NCBI RefSeq assembly: GCF_000737315.1
Contig: NZ_JMCB01000013.1
Location: 82,001-144,000 of the forward strand
Source: Hyalangium minutum
GTDB taxonomy: Bacteria > Myxococcota > Myxococcia > Myxococcales > Myxococcaceae
Reading direction: 5' to 3'
DNA: 62,000 nucleotides
This document shows positions 55,983-62,000 of the stretch, piece after piece. Numbering within the stretch: the stretch's first letter is position 1; each line of letters opens with the position of its first letter. The translations under genes were made by a program, and so were the position numbers. Under the pieces are notes generated by a model. It was not told where the DNA came from, did not search any database, and saw only the letters and a list, made by a program, of their open reading frames with translations.

Positions 55983-56969
55983 ATGCCCGAGTTGATGTAC
56001 CGCGAGGCGCTGAACCAGGCGCTCGCCGAGGAGATGGAGCGCGACGCCAACGTCTTCCTCATTGGTGAGGAAGTGGGCCGCTACAACGGCGCGTTCAAGG
56101 TGTCCCAGGGGCTGCTGGATCGGTTTGGAAGCGCGCGCATCATCGACGCGCCCATCTCCGAGCTGGGCTTTGCCGGCCTGGGCGTGGGCGCGGCCATGGT
56201 GGGCCTGCGTCCCATCGTGGAGATGATGACGTGGAACTTCGCCATCCTGGCGATGGACCAGATCGTCAACAACGCGGCCAAGCTGCGGCACATGTCCGGA
56301 GGCCAGCTGCGCTGCCCGATCGTGTTCCGCGGCCCGGGTGGCGCGGGCGGCCGGCTCTCCAGCCAGCACAGCCAGGCACTCGAAGCCAACTACGCCCACT
56401 TCCCGGGCCTCAAGGTGATTGCCCCGGCCACGCCCGCGGACGCCAAGGGCATGCTCAAGTCGGCCATCCGCGATGACAACCCCGTCATCATGTTCGAGGG
56501 CGAGCGCCTCTACGCCATCAAGGGCGAGGTGCCCGAGGGCGAGCACGTCGTCCCCATCGGCAAGGCGGACGTGAAGCGCGAGGGCAAGGACGTCTCCATC
56601 ATCACCTGGAGCCGCATGTACTACTTCGCCGAGCAGGCCGCGCAGCAGCTGGAGCAGGAGGGCATCTCCGCGGAGATCCTCGACCTGCGCACGCTGCGGC
56701 CGCTCGACGAGGAGGCCATCCTGGCCACGGTGCGCAAGACGAACCGCGCCGTCATCGTGGAGGAGGGTTGGTCGCTGGCGGGCGTGGGCGCCTCGGTGGT
56801 GGACATCATCCAGTCCAAGGCGTTTGACGAGCTGGACGCGCCGGTGCAGCGCGTGACGGGACTGGACGTGAACATGTCCTACGCCACGAACCTGGAGAAC
56901 GCGACCCAGCCGGACGCCGCGAAGATCATCGCCGCGGTGAAGAAGGTCCTCTACCGAGAGGGAGCCTGA
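55983..56969 (+). CDS. pdhB: Pyruvate dehydrogenase E1 beta
   Basis: DAPISELG, FRGPGG, QHSQ, DLRTLRPLD. Confidence 0.96.
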   Translation: MPELMYREALNQALAEEMERDANVFLIGEEVGRYNGAFKVSQGLLDRFGSARIIDAPISELGFAGLGVGAAMVGLRPIVEMMTWNFAILAMDQIVNNAAKLRHMSGGQLRCPIVFRGPGGAGGRLSSQHSQALEANYAHFPGLKVIAPATPADAKGMLKSAIRDDNPVIMFEGERLYAIKGEVPEGEHVVPIGKADVKREGKDVSIITWSRMYYFAEQAAQQLEQEGISAEILDLRTLRPLDEEAILATVRKTNRAVIVEEGWSLAGVGASVVDIIQSKAFDELDAPVQRVTGLDVNMSYATNLENATQPDAAKIIAAVKKVLYREGA

Positions 56970-56974
56970 GACGT

Positions 56975-58582
56975 ATGGCCAAGCCCATCGAGATGCCGTC
57001 GCTCTCCCCGACCATGACGGAGGGGAAGATCGTCAAGTGGCTCAAGAAGGTGGGGGACAAAGTCTCCTCCGGTGAGGCAGTCGCCGAGGTGGAGACCGAC
57101 AAGTCCAACCTCGAGATCGAAGCCTACGACGACGGCGTTCTGCTCCAGATTGCCGTGGCCGAAGGCCAGATGGCCAAGGTCGGTGCCCCCATCGCCTACC
57201 TGGGCGCCAAGGGCGAGAAGGTCGAGGCCGGTGCGGCCTCCGCGCCTGCTCCCGCCGCTCCGAAGGCTCCGGCCGCCGCGCCCGCTCCGGCTCCGGCTCC
57301 GGCAGCCCCGGCTGCTTCTGCTCCGGCCGCGGGCGGTGAGGGGATCCCGGTCCCCATGCCATCGCTCTCCCCGACGATGACCGAGGGGAAGATCATCAAG
57401 TGGCTCAAGAAGGTGGGCGACAAGGTGTCGTCCGGTGAGGCCATCGCCGAGGTGGAGACCGACAAGTCCAACCTCGAGATCGAGTCCTACGAGGACGGCA
57501 CGCTCGCGAAGATCGTCGTGGGCGAGAACCAGATGGCGAAGGTGGGCGCTCCCATCGCGTTCATCGCGGGCAAGGGCGGCAAGGCGGCGGCTTCCGCGCC
57601 TCAGGCCTCCGCACCCGCGCCTGCGGCGGCTCCTGCTCCTGCGGCTCCCAAGGCCGAGGCGCCCAAGGCTGCCGCGCCCGCAGCGGCTCCTGCGGCTTCG
57701 AAGGGTGGCCGTGTCCGGGCCAGCCCGCTCGCGAAGCGGATGGCGAAGGACCGGGGCATCGACCTGGCTGCGCTGCAGGGCTCGGGTCCGCTCGGCCGCG
57801 TCGTGAAGCGTGACATCGAGCAGGCGCTGGCTCAGGGCGTGCCCGCGAAGCAGGCTCCGGCGGCGGCTCCGGCCAAGGCGGCGCGTGCGGCTCCGGGCGT
57901 CCGGCCCGAGCCGCAGGTGGTGCCGATCTCGTCGATGCGCAAGGTGATCGCCCAGCGCATGAACGAGGTGAAGCCCGGCGTGCCCCACTTCTACCTGACG
58001 GTGGACGTGGAGATGGACGCGGCGATGAAGATCCGCGAGGAGGCCAAGGCACTGGAGTCCAAGGTCTCCGTCAACGACATCATCGTGAAGGCGGCGGCCA
58101 TCGCGCTGAAGCGCTACCCGAAGATCAACGTGTCTCTGCAGGGCGACAAGATCCTGCAGTACGCCACGGCGGACGTGGGTATCGCGGTGGCGCTGGAGGA
58201 GGGGCTCATCACGCCCATCATCCGGGATGCGGACCAGAAGGGCCTCTCGGCGATCTCCGCCGAGTCCCGCGAGCTGGCCGAGCGCGCCCGCAAGCGGGCC
58301 CTCAAGCCGGACGAGTACACCGGTGGCTCGCTCACGGTGAGCAACCTGGGCATGTACGGCATCGACCAGTTCGTGGCCGTCATCAACCCGCCGCAGGCTT
58401 CCATCCTCGCGGTGGGCGCGGTGGCGGACAAGCCGGTGGTGCGTGACGGGCAGATCCTCGTGCGGAAGATCCTCACGGTGACGCTCTCGTGCGATCACCG
58501 CGTGATCGACGGCGCCATCGGCGCGGAGTACCTGCGCGAGTTCAAGACGCTGCTCGAGCACCCGATGCGCCTGTTGTTCTAG
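56975..58582 (+). CDS. pdhC: Dihydrolipoamide acetyltransferase E2, two lipoyl domains
   Basis: Two ETDKSNLE lipoyl domains, RASPLAKR E3/E1-binding domain, DHRVIDGA. Confidence 0.96.
   Translation: MAKPIEMPSLSPTMTEGKIVKWLKKVGDKVSSGEAVAEVETDKSNLEIEAYDDGVLLQIAVAEGQMAKVGAPIAYLGAKGEKVEAGAASAPAPAAPKAPAAAPAPAPAPAAPAASAPAAGGEGIPVPMPSLSPTMTEGKIIKWLKKVGDKVSSGEAIAEVETDKSNLEIESYEDGTLAKIVVGENQMAKVGAPIAFIAGKGGKAAASAPQASAPAPAAAPAPAAPKAEAPKAAAPAAAPAASKGGRVRASPLAKRMAKDRGIDLAALQGSGPLGRVVKRDIEQALAQGVPAKQAPAAAPAKAARAAPGVRPEPQVVPISSMRKVIAQRMNEVKPGVPHFYLTVDVEMDAAMKIREEAKALESKVSVNDIIVKAAAIALKRYPKINVSLQGDKILQYATADVGIAVALEEGLITPIIRDADQKGLSAISAESRELAERARKRALKPDEYTGGSLTVSNLGMYGIDQFVAVINPPQASILAVGAVADKPVVRDGQILVRKILTVTLSCDHRVIDGAIGAEYLREFKTLLEHPMRLLF
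56993..57499 (+). repeat. Duplicated 144-bp lipoyl-domain coding segment (56993-57136 and 57356-57499)
   Basis: Near-identical DNA and protein (MPSLSPTMTEGKI.KWLKKVGDKVSSGEA.AEVETDKSNLEIE). Confidence 0.9.
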
Positions 58583-58592
58583 TCCCGAAGCA

Positions 58593-58622
58593 GGGCCGCC
58601 ATGCTCACGCGCGTGGCGGCCC
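58593..58622. terminator. Hairpin between convergent pdhC and small ORF
   Basis: GGGCCGCCATGC/GCGTGGCGGCCC stem. Confidence 0.6.
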
Positions 58623-58648
58623 GGCTGGGCCCGGTGCTTCTCAGCAAC

Positions 58649-58867
58649 TCAGCTCCGGGTCTCTTCGTCTTCCTCGTCGATGTCGCGCTCGAGACGGCGC
58701 TGGGCCTCGGTGACGTCGGCCTGCACTTCGCGCGGCGTGCCGGTGGGCAGCTCCTCCTCGTGCTCCTTCGAACGGCCCTGGATGCCAGGCCATGGCTCCG
58801 GCCGGGTCGCCTGGACGTGATCGATGTGCTCCACGTAGCCCTTGTCCTTCTTGTCCTTCTTCTCCAT
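58649..58867 (-). CDS. Small acidic hypothetical protein
   Basis: GGAGG RBS; 72 aa; good codon bias. Confidence 0.65.
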   Translation of the reverse strand: MEKKDKKDKGYVEHIDHVQATRPEPWPGIQGRSKEHEEELPTGTPREVQADVTEAQRRLERDIDEEDEETRS

Positions 58868-59018
58868 CACCGCCTCCTTCCACGTGTCCGTAGAGATACG
58901 GTGAGGTGGGAAGGTGGGGTAGCAACGGGACTGCCGGTGGAGGGCTTGCTGGGTTGCCTGCTCTCCGGGCGATGAAAAAAGCCCGCAATCGAGCCGTCAC
59001 CTGCTTAACTTCTCCTCA

Positions 59019-59324
59019 ATGAACGACGACATGACACGGGCCCGGTCCACCGAAGGCGATGGTGGGTTGGGGGCACGTGCGAAGCCGGCCCCTTCGCTCG
59101 CATCCTCGCTGCGGCAGGCGCTCCAGGGCGCGGTGTTCCCGCTCTCGCGGGAGCATCTGGTTCTGGTGGCCCGAGAGAACGCCGCTCCCGCCGAGCTCCT
59201 CACGCTGATGTCGGGGCTGCCCAGTGGCGAGTTCCGCTCTCTCGAGGCTGTGGAGTTCTCGCTCGAGGGCGCCGTGCAGCACAGGGCCCGTGCGCTGCAC
59301 GAGTCCGGTAGCAACGAGCGCTGA
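59019..59324 (+). CDS. DUF2795 domain protein
   Basis: LQGAVFPLSREHLVLVARENAAP...LPSGEFRS pattern. Confidence 0.75.
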   Translation: MNDDMTRARSTEGDGGLGARAKPAPSLASSLRQALQGAVFPLSREHLVLVARENAAPAELLTLMSGLPSGEFRSLEAVEFSLEGAVQHRARALHESGSNER

Positions 59325-59530
59325 GGCGCTGCTGCTCCGCTCCTGAGCCAGCGGCCGTGCTTCGCACGGACCGTTTCGGCGGGGTACGCGGGGCTTGAGA
59401 CGCGGCGCGTCACGATCAGTGATCACTCCCGCGAGCATGTGAAGGGGAGGGGGATGCGCTGGCGGGTGGTAGCGGTATCCTGTCGTCATCCTCACCGGGT
59501 TACTCCTCCGCCCGGGCCGGAACCCCATCC

Positions 59531-60688
59531 ATGAGCCCGTACGATCTTCCCGCAGTCCTCTATTGTGACGACGACGCCCTGAACCTGAGGGTGTTTGACG
59601 CGAACTTCGGGCAACGCTTCCGCATCTTCCGCTGCTCCTCGCCCAACGAGGCGCTGGCGATGCTGGAGCAGCGGCGCGGAGAGATTGGCGTCGTCATCTC
59701 CGATCAGCGCATGCCCGGCATGAGCGGCGTGGAGCTGCTGGAGCGTGCGCGCACGCTGGCGCCCGACGCCAAGCGCATGCTCGTCACCGCCTACGCGGAC
59801 CTGCAGGCCGTGGTGGACGCGGTGAACCGCGGCCAGGTGACGCGCTACTTCGTCAAGCCGTGGGATCGCGCGGAGATGCTCGCGGCGCTCGAGGATGCGC
59901 TGAAGATCGCGCGCCTGGAGCTGAAGATCCGCGAGGTGGAGAGCCGGATGATGAAGGCCGAGCGTCTGGCCACGCTCGGGCAGGTGACGGCCGGCATTGC
60001 CCATGAGCTGATGGGCCCGGTGGGCTACCTCTCGCAGAACGTGGCCGCGCTGCGCCGCGACATCGATCAGGTCATCGAGTACGTGAACAAGCACCTGGCC
60101 CAGGATCCGGACCGGGGCGTATCGGAGACGGTGAAGGATCTGCCCTCGCTCATCGGGGACCTGGTGACGGGCACCGAGCACCTGCGGCAGGTGGCGCATG
60201 GGCTCAAGGCGCAGGCGCGCGGCGATGAGACGGAGCAGGCCGCGGAGATCTCCGAAGTGGTCTCCTTCGCCGTGAAGCTGGCGCGCGCCGAGGTTCGCGA
60301 TCGCGCCCGCCTGACGAGCAACGGCGATCCCGTGCGCGTGCTGTTCGGCCCGGTGAAGCTCTGCCAGGTGATCCTCAACCTCGTGGTGAACGCCGCTCAG
60401 GCCATGGAGGGCATTGGCCGGCAAGGGAAGATCGACGTGCGGTGGGCCACGCAGGACCACAACGTCATCATCACCGTGGCGGACAACGGTTGTGGCATCC
60501 CCGTCGAGCTGCAGGAGAAGGTGTTCCAGCCACTCTTCACCACCAAGCCGGTGGGTATCGGCACGGGCTTGGGGCTCTCCATCTGCCGCGAGCTGGTGAC
60601 GCAGTACGGCGGCAAGCTCAAGCTCTCCTCGGTGCCGGGGGAGGGGACGGAGATCGAGATTTCCCTCATCAAGGCGCCGATGCCTTGA
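59531..60688 (+). CDS. asgA: Hybrid receiver-histidine kinase, AsgA (A-signal) ortholog
   Basis: N-terminal receiver (CDDD, SDQRMP, KPW), AHELMGP H-box, N/G1/F/G2 boxes. The 385 aa length, domain order and position after pdhABC match my recollection of M. xanthus asgA. Confidence 0.82.
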   Translation: MSPYDLPAVLYCDDDALNLRVFDANFGQRFRIFRCSSPNEALAMLEQRRGEIGVVISDQRMPGMSGVELLERARTLAPDAKRMLVTAYADLQAVVDAVNRGQVTRYFVKPWDRAEMLAALEDALKIARLELKIREVESRMMKAERLATLGQVTAGIAHELMGPVGYLSQNVAALRRDIDQVIEYVNKHLAQDPDRGVSETVKDLPSLIGDLVTGTEHLRQVAHGLKAQARGDETEQAAEISEVVSFAVKLARAEVRDRARLTSNGDPVRVLFGPVKLCQVILNLVVNAAQAMEGIGRQGKIDVRWATQDHNVIITVADNGCGIPVELQEKVFQPLFTTKPVGIGTGLGLSICRELVTQYGGKLKLSSVPGEGTEIEISLIKAPMP

Positions 60689-61262
60689 GGCCGAAGGCGT
60701 TGTGGAGCATGCGGCGCACGCGCCACATCGTCTCCACCTCGCTGGGGCGGACCTGATCCACCAGGACTGCGGTCCGCTCCTCGCGCTGCTCCTTCGGGCG
60801 CCCCTTCTTGGGCACAGCCTTCCACGTGACGCGGATGAAGTAGCGCCCGGGGGGGTGCTCGAACACGTCCACGGCCGTCACGTCGTCGAAGGGGATGGTC
60901 TCCAGCCGGGTCGCCGAGGGGGCCCAGGTCAGGCGCTCCAGCCGGAGCGTCTCCGTGGCGAAGTGCAGGACGAACCGCCGGCGCCCCAGCCGGGCCTCGA
61001 GCTTCAGCGCCGCCCCAATGAAGGCCGTGGCCACCAACCCCAGCCCCACCGGCCCCCCGTATCGGCTGGGGGCCACCACCAGCAGGGTGAGGCTGCACAG
61101 CGCACACAAGGCCGCCAGCATGATGCACAGCTCGGGGAGCAGGCGCTGGCTGACGGTGGGCGGCAGGCTTTGCCCTACCATGCGCCCTTCCTCGTACCTC
61201 AGGCGCACGTCTCCAACCCGAGGGGGGATCCGGTTCTCCGCCAGGGCGTCGGCAAAGCTCAC
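60669..61262 (-). CDS. Hypothetical membrane protein (start uncertain)
   Basis: Two TM segments followed by a PH-like soluble tail; 3' end overlaps asgA. Confidence 0.6.
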   Translation of the reverse strand: MSFADALAENRIPPRVGDVRLRYEEGRMVGQSLPPTVSQRLLPELCIMLAALCALCSLTLLVVAPSRYGGPVGLGLVATAFIGAALKLEARLGRRRFVLHFATETLRLERLTWAPSATRLETIPFDDVTAVDVFEHPPGRYFIRVTWKAVPKKGRPKEQREERTAVLVDQVRPSEVETMWRVRRMLHNAFGLKASAP

Positions 61263-61330
61263 ACCTACAGCATAGGTCGTCTTCTCTCGTCGCTCGAAGT
61301 TACCTGCAAGCTGTGCGAATCTCTCCCCCA

Positions 61331-62000
61331 ATGGATCTGCCGTTCGAAACGGAGGATGAGGCAGCGGGTGGGGGGACACTCGCCTCGACCGTATTGGTAG
61401 TGGATGACGAGCCCGTCGTGCTGGACGTGTGCAGCCGGTTGCTGGCGCGCGAGCCAGACCTGGTCGTCACCCAAGCCACCAGCGCCGAGGAGGCCCTGCC
61501 GCTGCTGGAGTCCCAGCGCATCGACGTCCTCATCACCGACAAGAACCTGCCGCAGATGAGCGGCATCGAGCTCATCGCCGAGGCCCGTCGGCTCCAGCCC
61601 ACGCTGGAGGCGATGATGATCACCGGCTACGCCAGCTCGGAGTCGGTGATCGCCGCCTTCGCGGCCGGGGCCAGTGACTACATCCTCAAGCCGTTCGATG
61701 ACCTGCGCGTGCTGCGGGCCAAGGTCCGCTCGGCGCTCGAGCGGCGCACGGAGCGCATCAAGGGCCGTGAGCAGGCGCGGGACGTGGCCAGGCAGGCCGC
61801 CGCGCTCCTGGAGACAGGGCAGGACGCCCCGGAGCCCGCTCATCAGGCGCTCGAGGACGAGCTGCGCAGCTACGAGCAGACGGTGAAGAGCGGCGCCATG
61901 ACGGGCCGGGTGGCGGTGGTGGGCAGCCCCGAGGCCGTGCAGATGCTGGCTTCCGAGGGCTTCCAGGCGGTGGACTTGCCCGCCACCTCTCCGGAGCTGG
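61331..62000 (+). CDS. Response regulator receiver protein (partial, runs off window end)
   Basis: Translated by hand: MDLPFE...VLVVDDEP...ITDKNLPQMSG...ITGY...YILKPF; no stop in window. Confidence 0.88.
   Translation, partial: MDLPFETEDEAAGGGTLASTVLVVDDEPVVLDVCSRLLAREPDLVVTQATSAEEALPLLESQRIDVLITDKNLPQMSGIELIAEARRLQPTLEAMMITGYASSESVIAAFAAGASDYILKPFDDLRVLRAKVRSALERRTERIKGREQARDVARQAAALLETGQDAPEPAHQALEDELRSYEQTVKSGAMTGRVAVVGSPEAVQMLASEGFQAVDLPATSPEL

Noticed and set aside
57230-57700. GCTCCG/GCGCC-type repeats in pdhC
   Set aside because: They encode ordinary Ala/Pro linkers; not CRISPR or VNTR.
1-62000. tRNA, rRNA, CRISPR arrays, integrases, transposases
   Set aside because: None recognisable by eye; tRNAscan/Infernal could still find small RNAs.

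Overview
GC-rich myxobacterial chromosome segment (Myxococcales type: MYXO-CTERM protein, DUF2381 family, asgA-like kinase). The core backbone runs: partial porin, DUF3108-GH123-like-DUF3108 operon, yggS, maf, GAF-GGDEF, surA/ppiD, mreC-mreD-mrdA-rodA, mgtE, PilZ, VegA-like protein, trxA, ccsA-hemA-hemC...hemD, MYXO-CTERM matrixin with an overlapping GspE-like ATPase, 5'-nucleotidase/lipoprotein/outer-membrane barrel operon, NUDIX, OPA-family MFS, HAD, pdhABC, asgA, and a partial response regulator. Apparent accessory insertions are: a bicovalent-FAD oxidase; a ~6.7 kb cassette between hemC and hemD (frameshifted small lipoprotein, Cys-rich protein, DUF2381, a Ser/Thr kinase with a nested lipoprotein-like C-terminus, a pseudokinase, DUF4261); an orphan PoyB/C-like B12 radical SAM methyltransferase; a decayed methyltransferase followed by a large Ig-stalk lipoprotein; and an MFS/TetR/SDR module. 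The best candidates for an undescribed system are the kinase/pseudokinase/DUF2381 cassette, which may form an envelope-spanning signalling device, and the nucleotidase/OB-fold lipoprotein/barrel locus, which may scavenge nucleotides at the cell surface. No rRNA, tRNA, CRISPR array, integrase or transposase was seen. All family calls come from motif recognition, not database searches.
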